A stretch of DNA of 61,789 nucleotides, counting the filler, from Hausera hauseri (lineage: Eukaryota), in NCBI GenBank assembly GCA_046269625.1. It is 12 parts of 12 records of this genome, joined end to end, with 100 filler letters (N's around TTAATTAATTAA, not from the genome) between each part and the next. Parts side by side here need not be neighbours in the genome. Positions count along the whole stretch, not along the records: positions 38,069 to 43,403 come from JBJURY010276395.1; positions 43,504 to 47,776 come from JBJURY010664885.1; positions 47,877 to 52,109 come from JBJURY010685439.1; positions 52,210 to 57,496 come from JBJURY010290059.1; 8 more parts are not named here. One strand, 5' to 3'. Positions 40,180 to 52,770 of this stretch are shown piece by piece. Under the pieces are notes generated by a model that was not told the origin of the DNA, searched no databases, and was given only the letters and a program-made list of their open reading frames with translations. Numbering within the stretch: position 1 is the stretch's first letter; every line of letters begins with the position of its first letter. Position numbers and translations under genes: made by a program.

Positions 40180-40959
40180 CAATTTTAAATACCATGTTTC
40201 AGAAAAAATATTTTAACGTTGCTCTAGAGAATCATTCCAGTCTAGACAATTGTGTCAAACGTTATTTTATGAATTTAACAAACTCACTTCTACAATTTCT
40301 GCAGTTTAGCTCTGATAATTTATTTTTGTTTATATGCACTGGTATATACAAATACAGAAGATTTCATAAATATATGGGTTGAGATCGGTGTGCTCGGAAA
40401 AATCGGCGAATCGAAATCCGAAATATCACCTAACGTCTTACCGCTCATTTTGGCAAAAGTTCAAGTTAAAGTCATAAATATAATTTATTAATTAAAATAT
40501 TGCAACAAATTTTCTTTTATGAAAAATAAACAATAATTTTAATTATTATTTATTTTTGAACCATCACTATATGTTAGCATGACTTTAAGAAAAATTAAAC
40601 TTTGTAAATTCGTTGCAGTCTTACAAACAAAGCTAAGATTATGCAATATGGGCTTCAAAATGTGAAGTCATTTGGCACTTCTTCAATATTCCCCATAACA
40701 TGTCATCATTCATGTGTAAAGTTAATATTTATATAGAAGGAAGAAATATTAGTGATGTAACTGATAATTAGACAAATGCATTGTACTTTGACATAACGTG
40801 AATGTTACGGAGGGGATTGAAGAAGTGCAAAATGACCTAACATTTAGGAGGCCATATTGCATGAACTTACTTTTCATATATTGTTAATAATCGTAAATTT
40901 TGTACTTGTAGAACATGTGAAACTAATTAGAAACAAGGTGCTGTTCCTTTCTAAATGTC

Positions 40960-41445
40960 CATTGTATGAGAATAAATCGAACTATTGTCTAACTTTGAAT
41001 ATTTTTCATTATAAGGACAATATGTCGAGACGTCAAAGTCATCTGTATGGTGCTTGGTCGGCAGGAAGGCGACAAAAATGCCGTGCTTCTTGCGCGAGTC
41101 GGACAGCAGGAGCAGAAATCAACAGTAGGTGAATAAAAATTGGCTACCTCAAGTTTAATTGACCCATCTCTAGTCATACTTGCACAAATTCACATGAAAT
41201 TGGATCTGTTTAAGCAGTTTGTTAAGGCAAAGGTGATTGACAAAAAGGGTGATTGATTCGAATACATTCGCAACAAATATCCATCAGTAAGCTATGAAAA
41301 AGTTTAAGGAGTATTTGTTAGCCCGCAAATTCGAAAGCTACTATTCGATGATGTTTGAAAGAACAATGAAGTCCGCTGAGCCCAAAGCTTGATGCGCTAC
41401 GATGCAACATTTCCTCCATTCTCACTTAGATTTTTCCCCGAGTTT
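40960..41445 (+). pseudogene. Chapaev3-like (CMC) transposase remnant, C-terminal half
   Basis: KMPCFLRESDSRSRNQQ*VNKNW; LIDPSLVILAQIHMKLDLFKQFVKA; GVFVSPQIRKLL; HFLHSHLDFFPE. Confidence 0.75.
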
Positions 41446-43503
41446 GCTTCTAGAGCAACAGATTTGATGGAAATTTTGCATGCTTACGTTATTTGTTACA
41501 CTGATTTGAAATATATAGATCATTTTTGCTCTTACCCAGAATTGTCGCAGCTATTGACTTGTGTTAGCAAAGTAGTCATCGAATGTAACAACAGTTTACA
41601 GATGCAGCGCATATTGCAGCACTTTTCTATGACCTCTAATTCAATACGCCGTATCGCTGATTTCGTGTGCTTTGTATAAATCTGAGCCATTGAAAAATTC
41701 ACGTGTAATCCCATTGACCAGCAGCACAAATTACCCCATAAAAAGCGCAACTCAACAAAAAAACATTTATTCTCCTTTCGGTTGCTTACTGCCTTCCATC
41801 TTTGTTAATGTCTGCGAACTGCGCATCAGCTAATTGGAAAAACCTTGATATTTTGGTATTCAAATAACTTTTGATTCATTCGGGTTGTGTCCATAATATT
41901 CATAGTTTGTTTGGTGATGAATAAATCTGACTTTGCGTCACATAAAATGATACTCTCCGCCTCCTCATGAACAAGTTTTTGGAACTATCCGATGCAATCC
42001 CGTTTAGAAATCAATTCAATCCTTGAATATTTATATATTTTACGGACATACACAAGAAACTAAGCAACGAAACGATGACAATCAAGAAAATTGGTTTGAC
42101 AGTTCTTGTCGGAAAATTACAGTTTATGATGCCATAGTTAGCCAAGAGTCCGTTAAATCCCCTATTTAATTTTATACAAAAAAATAAGCGGGTGCCTCAG
42201 GAAAATAATTCCCATACTACCTGAAAATTCCACGCATTTACCCCCCCCTCCATCACCACCATCACCACCAGCTGTGTCTTATTCAATAAATGCCGAAACA
42301 TTTTACCCTCAAGAGTACGAGATAACTGGCCTTCAACGAAAGCCCCAGAAATAGACCGTTTGGTCGTTTTCTCATCGTCCATTTTATCCTTCAATGCCTG
42401 AAGACAATCGAGACATTGGAAAATCGTATAGAGATTAGCCCTGACAATCGATATCGGCTCTTTCATCTTCTCACTAGCCATGTTATCCCTGAACGCGTCC
42501 AATGTCTTCACGAGGTCATCAAAGCTACAAAATGAAATACATATGCAATCCAACAGAACCGGATTACTTTGTAGAATAATGATGCTTTAACAAATACAAA
42601 ACCGGATCGAAATCGGTTTCTGTCAGTGCAGTGGAGCCCCGTCCTGGTACAGGAATTGTTACGTATTCGTTGCTTGTAAATACCCGTACCGTTGTACAAC
42701 TTTACGAGCTCCTCATCGGACAAAGGGAAACTCAGACCGACACTCTGGTGGCCCAACATAACGTCTTGAATGTTCTCCATCATTTCCGATTGCATGTGTT
42801 TCGGTTGGGTGCGTTTCAATGAGTCCATGGACATTTTGTGTTTGACATCTTCATTCGGTGGCCAGTAAGACACTTCTTCTTGTAGTCCTGCATGAATTGT
42901 TAGTAAAATGTTAAATGGGTTTTGTAAAATTCGCGATAGGGTCAGCCATGATAATGATTGAATTCAACATCCTTCAAACATTGGCAATTGATGGAAATTC
43001 GTGCTTATCAAATAAGACAAGTGCACTATTACCCTTTAATTAATTTGCTACCTTCAAAATTACAAATGCCGCATCAAAATTCTAACTAATCAATAACGAA
43101 ATATTCTAAACAAATTCAGACAAAAATTTAAAAAATTCCTGAATTGGCCAATTTACCCCAGTAATACCAACTGAATTTCATAAAAAACACCTCTAATTAG
43201 TAAAAAAATCTATAATGTTCATTATTTAACAAGATAATCAAAAATAAACACAAACCGACACTCAACGAAACCGATTGATGGTAATCAACATCGCATGTCC
43301 CTTTGCCTCCACTTGTCGTCACAACAATAATTTTCATATCTCCCTGACCCAATGGTGTGATAATATTCAATCGTTTGGACGAATACCACTGGACTGAACA
43401 TCCNNNNNNNNNNNNNNNNNNNNNNNNNNNNNNNNNNNNNNNNNNNNTTAATTAATTAANNNNNNNNNNNNNNNNNNNNNNNNNNNNNNNNNNNNNNNNN
43501 NNN

Positions 43504-43733
43504 TTAGCACTTCGTGGACATCGATTTAAGTCAATAGAAGCCATCCACGAGAATTCGCTGGCTGCTTTGCAGACTACCGGAAGCTGCGTATAATAACTGT
43601 TTCAAAGACTGAGAAAAAGTTGGAACAAGTGTATTCAAGTTGGAGAAGAATACTTTGAAGGAGACAATAAATTTGGATGAATAAAATAGTCTGTGTTTTA
43701 TTTAATCAGTCTCCATACTTTTGTCCACAGTAG
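43504..43733 (+). mobile_element. 3' end of a second mariner element
   Basis: LRGHRFKSIEAI...WNKCIQVGEEYFEGD, then TIR-like CAGTCTCCATACTTTTGTCCACAGTAG|TA. Confidence 0.82.
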
Positions 43734-44703
43734 TATACACAATGAGAGCCAGAAGTTACAGCTACTATAATTAAAATAATGGTCTCATAATTGGTTTTGT
43801 ATGTAAGTTTAAATCAGTGTTACTTCTATACACCTGATGTCACAACATTCATAATTTCAAATTAAACAGTCCTTATTTTACAGCACAATAATCAGCAGAA
43901 CATTTATTCAAGGCCTTCTTATTATCACCACAATAAATTGTGACAGGACTTTTGGTATGACCTGATTATATTAAGGATTTCATCCCATACACGCCACAGA
44001 GTTTATTTGAAACACCCACTTTAGTACATCGTTCATTCGAGAGAGGAGCTTATTTTGAAACGTTAACTTTTAATTCACATATTTGTTTTTTACTTAAAAA
44101 AGAATAACAATTTTACTTAACAAAATAAGCTCCTCCGTCCGGCACGGCATTTTGTCAAAAAATCGCGTTTACAACAGAAAGTGCCGTTCCGTTTCCTCTT
44201 ACAGTGTATAGAAAATAATATCGTAAATAAAAATAGTATTACAAAAGTTACTAAACCTAAGTGCTTAACAAAAATAACTCTTGAACCATATATTAATTTT
44301 GAAATCATTGAGTTAAACAGGATACCGTTTATAAAAGATTCTACAAAACATTGATTAAATATAAAATCAAAATACCTCATGTAACAAATCAAACACTTGG
44401 AAAATCATTAAGAAAATAATAAAACAAGCAACAAATAATCAAGCACATAAGTATAATATTCGAATATTTCCAAATCATCAAAAAATATTTTTAAATCATA
44501 CACGTTACCCTATGAGTTCAACAGATATAATAAATTTCTAATGAGATAAAATATCAAAGATTTTACAAAGCGCAAAAACACGCAAAATGGAAGATATTAT
44601 ATTTGAAGTAAGTTTACATCCAATACTGGTTGATGGTTGACAAAAGATAACAACTTTGTAAACACAAATTGTGTCATAAGAATTAAAAACGGAGATTCAT
44701 TAT

Positions 44704-44890
44704 TGTGAGGATATAATCGAGAATGGAAATTCTAAATTTAAATTAGAAACATTTTTAAATTAAAAAAAATTTAATTTAAAAGTGTAATATTACAAGTATA
44801 ATTTAAATTTTAGAATTTGGGAAAATTTGTTTCCAAATAAGTATTTTGGATTTTAATAAAATTTTAAACAGCTGGTGTTACTTTTCAATG
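44704..44890 (+). repeat. LTR of Gypsy family 2 plus PBS-position sequence, truncated after the ATG
   Basis: TGTGAGGATATAATCGAGAA...AATAAAATTTTAAACA (44704-44870) then GCTGGTGTTACTTTTCAATGAG; matches 55322-55521. Confidence 0.88.
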
Positions 44891-45134
44891 AGCATAGGAT
44901 ATAGGACGTTTAATGACTCAGTTTATAGGATTCGCCAAAAGACAGAGTTTTGCAGAAGTTATTTTTCAGACATACTTATTTACAAACAGTAGTTACAATA
45001 AAACATGGAAATATTTCTGCGTGTTTACAATGTAATATGATTGTTTTAAATATAATCACCATTAAGGTCAATAATTTTACGCAAATATTTTAAATTTGTA
45101 TACAGTTTAAGTGATGGCTCACAAATAAATAATA

Positions 45135-45215
45135 CTCCCTCTGTCCGAAAATAAGAGTCCCATTTCACACAAGAATTTGTCCGAAAATGGGACTCTTATT
45201 TTCGGACAGAGGGAA
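45135..45215. mobile_element. 81-bp Stowaway-like MITE
   Basis: TA|CTCCCTCTGTCCGAAAATAAGAGTCCCATTT...AAATGGGACTCTTATTTTCGGACAGAGGGAA|TA; TIRs match at 30 of 31 nt; TA TSD. Confidence 0.9.
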
Positions 45216-45321
45216 TAATTAAAATCATTATTTACTTTTTATAAACGAAAATTTGTTTCAATATTTGTAATTAATTAATTATAGTTATAACTCTATCTTG
45301 AACTTTTGACGAAATGTGCGA

Positions 45322-45570
45322 CAAGATGATTCTTCAGGTGATATTTCGGATTTCGATCCACCCATTTTGCCGAGCAAACCGATCGTAACTGGCGAACAAG
45401 CCACGACAATGGACCTGCATCATGGTAATACCGGTCCTGCGGACTAAAACGAACATTTCCGTAAATAATATAATGCCTCACTTCGGCAATTTGATGGTTC
45501 ATCTACGGATGACGCAAAACGATGGCAGGAAGATATGATACGCGCTAACATTTTTTTGATGGTCATTTGT
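45322..45570 (+). pseudogene. Possible retrotransposon Gag N-terminal remnant
   Basis: LRQFDGSSTDDAKRWQEDM resembles the FDG...W motif of Gypsy Gag; two stops upstream. Confidence 0.4.
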
Positions 45571-46639
45571 AGGGCTGTGAATTCTTGTTAACGGAACAAG
45601 CTAGAATTCTGTGGACAGATTTTAAACAAAAAGAGTGTGGTGCTCACATTGGACAAGCTAAATAATTACATATTGTCGTTGTTTATGTAAATATTGAATA
45701 AACAATGGGCTTCTTCGAATTATGTTAAATTTTCAAAGTATGATTAATTAATTTTTAAACTTTCGTGCTTTGGTGGTATTTGTTCCGGACTGTTTTCTAA
45801 AGTGTACATTTATGTAAATGGAAAGATCTACGTATTCTTTTGTAAATGATAAAACTGTTTTGTCTAACAATCCAAAATCATATTCTGAAGTGAACCAAAG
45901 TACCTTTTCCAGCTTCCAACGTCCACGCAATATTCCAACGATTTTACTTGAGAAAAGCAGCCACGTAATGGTTCTAAATACGAATCTTGCTCCGAATAGT
46001 GACGCCTGTAAATTTGAAATTTAGAGTTTCTTGTCTAAAACAAATGTAAATTCTCCAAGCAACTATAGAGTTGCAAACATAAATAGTTCTGAACAATTTC
46101 TTCATGGAATGGTCGAAACTGGAATATGTTATAACGATTCTACCCCTATTACTCGTTTCAATTCTACTTCCATCATATCTCGAATGTCTGGAGACGATCA
46201 ATTTTCTGATAATTTTTGTAATATGAAAAACTTCTCTCAACATCCTTTTCCGTATGATTCTCACGCGTTTATGCCTAATAATTGCCCAATGCCAATATAT
46301 AATGTCTTATACTGATTTCAAAACAGACTTACCAATTCAGTACATTCTGCCATTGCTTACTATCCAAATCCTCTCACTGTGCCCTATTTTCACTATTCAT
46401 ATGTAATGTATAAAGAAAACATTTTACCATCAAAGGCAATCATTGTGGAACATATTCCGATGCATATGCAACATGCAATAAGCGATGAAGTCATTGTGAT
46501 GAGAAAGTCCGCACTAACTACGGCATCATCAGTTCGATATAATTGTCAGGTATCAGATTCACTGAATTCCCAAGACGGGGAAATAGCACAGAACGGTTTA
46601 ATTATAAGTAAACAGACATCACTAGCAGTCTCCTGATAG

Positions 46640-47574
46640 TTCGAAAAAGACACAAAGTCTATATTGATGGGCAAAAAAGCCAGAAAAAAGATGGTGACGC
46701 TTCTTTTTACCTGCAGTCTGAATCCTTTCATCCAACAAATTCCATTCCTTGCGCTTAAAAGTCGAAAGTTCGGAATTTGGCATGGTAAGACCACGATCTC
46801 TGCTCAAGTCGTTGAGGTCATTTTGGTTGGACTAGTATGGTTTTCTTTTCTCTTCTTCAACTATGAAATCTAGATCGGCTACGTCTTCTTCACTCGCCGA
46901 CTTGCTGTTATCGTGTTACAGTGGATCATTCGCTGAAACAGTGGGTATGGGGAATTCTGTGCTGTGTGACACTTGTGATATTGATGACGGGATGTCAGGA
47001 TAGGTAACAGAAGGCGCGTTCTTGCTAGTTCGGTGTTTGGACAGCGTTTCGACAGTACAGCAGTTGCTGGTATGTTGATTCCCTCCAAATTCTTGATATC
47101 ACAAACTTCATGGATCGCTTTTCTCCTCTGTACCAGCCTGCATAAGAACAAATATATTCATTACAAATAGTCGACAATCCTTTAATGCATAGCGTCCCAT
47201 TTATAGAACACTTGAAGTCGTCGTTATTTTAAAAAAGTCATTCGCTAATGGCTAATGGTTCATCTCTTACATCGATGTTTAGACTCATTAATAGAAGCAG
47301 ACCGATGATGACGGTTCAGTTATCTCATTCCTGTTGTAATAAAAAACCAATATAATTATCCATCATACCTTCCAGAGATTTTTGCAGTATTCACAGTGAA
47401 ATGATATTTTCAGTGCTTGTCTTGATCGCCGACCGCCATACCGAAATATGCTTTGTATGCCTCGCACATCCTGAAAGAGGTTACTACAAAGTATGTTTTT
47501 GTTCTAATTTTAGTAAATTGATCGCGGACATAACAAAATGTATCTGCTGGATTCTTCCAACACCTCGGTGCCAA
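46640..47574 (-). pseudogene. Chapaev3-like transposase N-terminal remnant with a 231-bp intron (47138-47368)
   Basis: NPADTFCYV...MCEAYKAYFGMAVGDQDK...LE(G|gtatga...tgcag|G)WYRGEKRSMKFVISRIWRES...YPDIPSSI...NDLNDLSRDRGLT...EWNLL. Confidence 0.85.
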
Positions 47575-47989
47575 TTTCTGCTGCTAAAAATGCTGATATC
47601 ACAAAAACTGAACAAGCTAGCTAAATATCGTATTTATATTACTGTTTTATGCGTTCAATATATTACTGGAACATTCAAGAAGTTCCTCTATGTTTACTCA
47701 AACCTAAACCTATTTAGAACGTTATAAATAGTTGCTGCTTATTGTGGTGCTCGCAGTGGCCGGCGCCCTTTGGCCCNNNNNNNNNNNNNNNNNNNNNNNN
47801 NNNNNNNNNNNNNNNNNNNNTTAATTAATTAANNNNNNNNNNNNNNNNNNNNNNNNNNNNNNNNNNNNNNNNNNNNTGAAGTGGTACTCCTTATTAGATC
47901 CATATAGTTTCATAAAAGAAATGTTAATTTAAGAACGAGAGAGAGCTGAACCTAATAGAGATCGAGTATCGAAAACAAGCTATAGTTTC

Positions 47990-48570
47990 CCTCATAAAGA
48001 TCAACACTACCTAATAAGCCAATTTAAATACGTACTAATTCCGAAGTCACCAAGATTGCTGGCACTGTGTTATAATATAGAAACTCGTTTTTAGAAAATC
48101 AATCGTTTTAGAAAATCGTTAAATAATCAATACGAGAGATACTAGTATTTCTCGAAAAAATTTGCGTAGAAATCATAAGTCGAACTTAAACAATGACTCA
48201 TTATTTTCTTATAATGAGAAATACATACCAGCGAAGGATTTCCCAAGCCGATTAGGTTATCAAAGATTTTTGAGTCAGAATAAACTCGGATCAGAGAAAT
48301 CTAATAGTGAAATAAATAAGATTTGGATGCAGGCTTTCACGAAAGCTGGACCATCCCGACCTCACACCTCAGACAGCAAGAATGGTTCCGATTTGGTTTT
48401 TTATGTTAGTTGTTAATACCAATAATAGTAACTCCAATATATACCATGATAAATCTCGTACAGTTCAATTAAATCATAGTAAAATGCCGGATACATCAAA
48501 TGAAAAATTTGTCTGGAAGATTATCAAACAAGAATAAATTATTTAAATCAGGAAGTCGATGTATATAATG
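47990..48570 (+). pseudogene. Highly degenerate Gypsy pol remnant (RNase H to integrase Zn region)
   Basis: PNKPI*IRTNS...IAGTVL; FSYNEKYIPAKDFPSRL; YHDK...EKFVWKIIKQE, in pol order. Confidence 0.45.
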
Positions 48571-49709
48571 TCTGAATAAACGCCTGTGAAGAAACAAGTA
48601 GCAAAAAGTAATTANNNNNNNNNNGTTTCCGTTAGTATTTAGTATTATTTTACGAATAATTTAAAATTGTAAGTAACAGAGGTTGATGTCAATTATTCAG
48701 TATCACCGAATCCGAATTATTTCAATAAATTTGTACATTCAAAAAAAGGAAATTTTCAAATTTAGAAAAGATCATATTCTCAAAATTCTTCAAAACGGCA
48801 TACCATATCTAAAATACTGGAGTCGAGGGGCTTAGTGAACTATAGCCTGTTTCACCCGACCTTTTTTATTTTTTGTTTTAATATTCAAAAAACTTGCTTT
48901 TTTTACTTGTATCAGTCCGACATTTTTTACGCTAATAAAATTTCCGTCATTCCTTAATTTTTGAATGTTTTATCTAAAAAGATCAACCTGTACATTTTAT
49001 TTTCACGAATACGGGAGTCTCGTAACTATTGTCGATGGTATGTTGGAGCTCCCAAACATTCCTGATAATAATTTACCATTGTTCAGAAGTAAAATTATTC
49101 CAGAACCATCGTTCCCGATTCAGCCTGGGTGGCGTTTTCCCTCCGATTGTGCCGTTGGTCAGGGCCGGTCGTCCTGCTTAGGGATATTTAGTTTGACTGT
49201 CGAAAAAGTCTTAAAATTATTAGACAAAAATATTGTAATGTCAGGTTTAACCTGCATTTTTTGGTGCATAAAAAATGACTTTACTATTTCCAGAGGCACC
49301 GTTTTTGTACTATAAGAATCGTGTAAAGAAACAGGTATATATTGCGTTGCAGAAGATGGGTTTAACTTCATTCTTCTCCTTTCTCGGACATCGTAGAAAC
49401 AAAATCAAATTCAATTGCAAAAAAATTTATATTTTTAATTTAAAAAAATTAACTTTTAACTTTTTTTGTTTCCGTGTATTTTAAACAACTTTATAAAATT
49501 TTTTGTTGTCACATATTCAAATAATTTCAAATCTACACACCATATTTGATAAAACTGTTAGCATAAATGAAAACCAAATTATCATTTTATAATACAGTCC
49601 TAGGTAGGGATAAAATAATTGATACAACAACAATAACAATAATTCATCCGTCATATTAAAGATCACATATATGACAATATATATATACATTATATACAAA
49701 ACTACAGAA

Positions 49710-52109
49710 TTTTGTGTCCGGATTCCGTTGATGGAAAACCCCGCAACCAACCCACGTCACTATTCACATGCGCTTATAAACAAAGTAAATTTTGCCGGAA
49801 CTTCCTAATGATAGGCACTACAATACCCCCAGTGGCTGAGTTGGGAAATTGGAAGATAAGATCGAAAGGAACTCTGAGAACAAACAAAAGTGCCTAAGAA
49901 GTTTTCGTGAGTATAAGTCGTTGTACTCATTCGCCGTTTAATTCTCTGCTATAGTTACTGAAAGTGACGGATTTAAAACGTACCTTCTTTGAAGAGTCTG
50001 GATGCTGGTGAGGTTTATCAGCAGAAAATAAGGTTGAATGTGGAGCAGAAATGTGAGTAGAAAGAGGGGTAGATGGCGAAATCGAGGTGGCAACGGGAAT
50101 GGAATTGGTACGAGACAATGTAAGTACAGGGGTGATAGCATTAGGTAAATGTGTGATGGACTGGGGAGTCTGGGTCAAGGTGGTGGTAGGTGTGGGAAAT
50201 GAGGTTGTTGTTTTCGTTATTGAGGTATCGTCGACATAAAAGGCAGGTTTCACATTCGTAATGTGTACTGCGACCTCTTCACCATCTTTAAGGATAATAG
50301 CGTTATGTGATTGTAACTTATTTAACTTATATGGCCCTAAATACTGTGGTTGGAAACAGCAAGGTGACTGGTTTTGTAGCCATACAAACTTTGCTGAGTA
50401 CAAATCATCAGGTATATAGGATTTATCGTTGTGTAAAAGTCTGCAAAACGAATCTTTGCTAATAGCAACAAAATGGTCCTGTGCTGCTCGTATCCTCTCA
50501 TCTGTGGGAGTTTCCTCTAAAGCAGTTAATTCGAACAAAGACCGTATAGGAGTACCGAATAATGCTTCTGTTAGTAAGCATCCTGTGGATGTGGACGGAG
50601 TATTCCGCCAGCCAAGCAGGACAAAAGGTAGAAGTGTGGTCCAATTGGTGTTTTACTGTGCAAGGATTCGCAGTGATGTTTTTAGAGTTCTATGAAAACG
50701 TTCAAGCAGACCATTTGACTGTGGATGATATGGTGTGGTATTAATATGACTTATACCTAATCGGTTTACTAAAGATTCAAACTGCGAACCTTGGTCTGAG
50801 ATGATATAGCGGGGAGATCCGAATCTACTAATCCGCGTGCGAATAAAAGTATCAGTTATAGTGTCAGTATTTGTGCTCCGTAGTGGAATGGCTTCTGACC
50901 ATCGTAAGGCGCGGTACATCATAGTCAGAATAAATTGGTGGCCGTTGTCTATTAGAAGAGGACCGACGATATCGATGTGTACTGTCTCAAAGCGTGATGT
51001 GCATGGAAAATGGTATAGTTGTGGCTTTAGGTGTTTGGTGATTTTATATTTCTGGCAAGCCACACATTCTTTGACCCATGCTTGCACATCTGAACGCATA
51101 GTAGGCCATATCACTTGTCGATTAAGTAGACGGAAGGTAGCCTTTGCGCCAGGGTGATGCAATGAGTGCACACTCTTAAATGCGAGTTTGTGTAAAGATG
51201 GTGCGAGAATGATTTTTGAATGTCCTGGTTTTGAAATATCCACAGCCACACCGTCAATTACCTGGTGGAATTTGAACAATTTAAGGATATCTTGCGATGG
51301 TTGATTATCATGGAGCTTTTCCTGAGAAAAAATTAATGAAAAGTTGATTGATCCGACTGATCTGGACAAGAAATCAACAACTAGATTGTCAACACCTTCT
51401 ATATATTTGATGTTAAAGTTAAAGGTGGACAAATAAGAAATTTGCCGTTCTTGTCGAGTTGAAGGGTGCTTCATTTCCATTATATGAATTAACGGCTTAT
51501 GATCAGTCTGTATAACAAAATGACGTGCTGTAAGTAAATGCGAAAAATGCCTTAATGCGAGAACTATGGCCAAAAGTTCCCGATCGAAAGTCGAATATCT
51601 AGTTTCTTGTGGTGTTAATTTTCGAGAAAAAAATTCTAGAGGTTGGTTTTCTCCTTTGTATAATTGGTGTAATACGGCTACTACTGCAGTATTTGACGCA
51701 TCTGTAGTTAAGATTAACTCAGAGTCAGATTTAGGAAATGCCAGTATTTCCACAGTTTTTAGTCCTTCACGTAACTTGTCGAAATATTTGACCAGTTGTG
51801 GCGTCCACATGATTTTCTGGTGTTTCTTTCCTCCACTTAAGTGATCGAAAGGTGCTGTAAGTTCCGAACAGTATGGGATATACTTGTGGAAGAAATGTAA
51901 GGTGCCAAGAAAACTGTGCATTTCTGTGGTTGTCTTCGGTAACTGGACATTTTTAAGAATCTCAACTCGATCAGGCTGAGGTGAATGGCCGTATGGTGTG
52001 ATAATATGTCCCAGGAAATTAACACGCTTTTGAAAAAATTGCATTTCGCAAAATTGATTTGTAGATTGTATTGGTTAAGACGTTTGAAGATGGATTGCAG
52101 ATGTTCCTC
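49710..52109 (-). mobile_element. Gypsy family 1, copy J (RT end, RNase H, integrase, 3' LTR start)
   Basis: 463-aa ORF with TTDAS, RELLAI, TDHKPL, HSLHHPG-CVAC, HIDIVGP, SDQGSQFE, GLLERFHRTLK; YLGPY; tail KKVRFKSVTF; GGGGG then TGTAGTGCC at 49822. Left boundary approximate. Confidence 0.94.
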
Positions 52110-52209
52110 NNNNNNNNNNNNNNNNNNNNNNNNNNNNNNNNNNNNNNNNNNNNTTAATTAATTAANNNNNNNNNNNNNNNNNNNNNNNNNNNNNNNNNNN
52201 NNNNNNNNN

Positions 52210-52398
52210 CTGATTTTAAATTTAAGCAAAACCGAGTTTCAAAATAAACCATTACCAAATAATTTTTGTATATTAATAATTGGTAGTTCAGGGTATGGTA
52301 AAAATGTGTTGTTAATGCAAATGTTAACACAACCAGATTTCTTAGATTATGATAGTTTACTCTTCTTCTCTACAACAATAAATCAACCGGAATTATAA
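52210..52398 (+). pseudogene. Polinton/Maverick-type packaging ATPase, N-terminal fragment
   Basis: PLPNNFCILIIGSSGYGKNVLLMQMLTQPDFLDYDSLLFFSTTINQPE: Walker A plus the LDY..L.......QPE segment typical of these ATPases. Not in the ORF track. Confidence 0.78.
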
Positions 52399-52402
52399 TC
52401 AG

Positions 52403-52700
52403 TCTGTCTGAGATTGATTCCCTTACATTTCATGATTGGTTTGCTTTGGGTTTTCAGTGCATAAGATTTTGGCCGTAGGAAAATCCACTCTTGATACTAA
52501 ACAGAGCCCTTACTCTCGTCCTTAAATTTCCCTATTACAGATGTGAAATGAGTTGAGTATAACGGATCACTTTTATCATAGTTCGAAGTGTTTAACAGTT
52601 CATTAGATATCATTGCGGGAAAGAGCTGTGATCGCAAATCAACATCGCGGCATTCGAGGAAAGCTCTCTGTGTTACCGGCAAAAATATTAAGTTCACAAC
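52403..52700 (-). pseudogene. Protein-primed DNA polymerase B C-terminal fragment (Polinton-type)
   Basis: AGNTES (decayed DTDS), LNTSNYDKSDPLYS...VIGKFKDE...EWIFLRPKSY...KCKGI; one frameshift and one stop. Confidence 0.82.
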
Positions 52701-52770
52701 AGTGACACAACAGTTGATTGAAACGGCAAAGGAAATTGGTAAGGAATTATTTAATTATAATATACAACTA

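Noticed and set aside
45818-46873. Four same-frame ORFs suggesting stop-codon reassignment
   Set aside because: Stops are mixed TAG/TGA, no domain is recognisable, and the distal part is antisense to the Chapaev3-like remnant.
52210-52700. Giant-virus origin of the window
   Set aside because: The only virus-like hallmarks are short decayed Polinton-type fragments amid animal TEs, introns and a GPCR.
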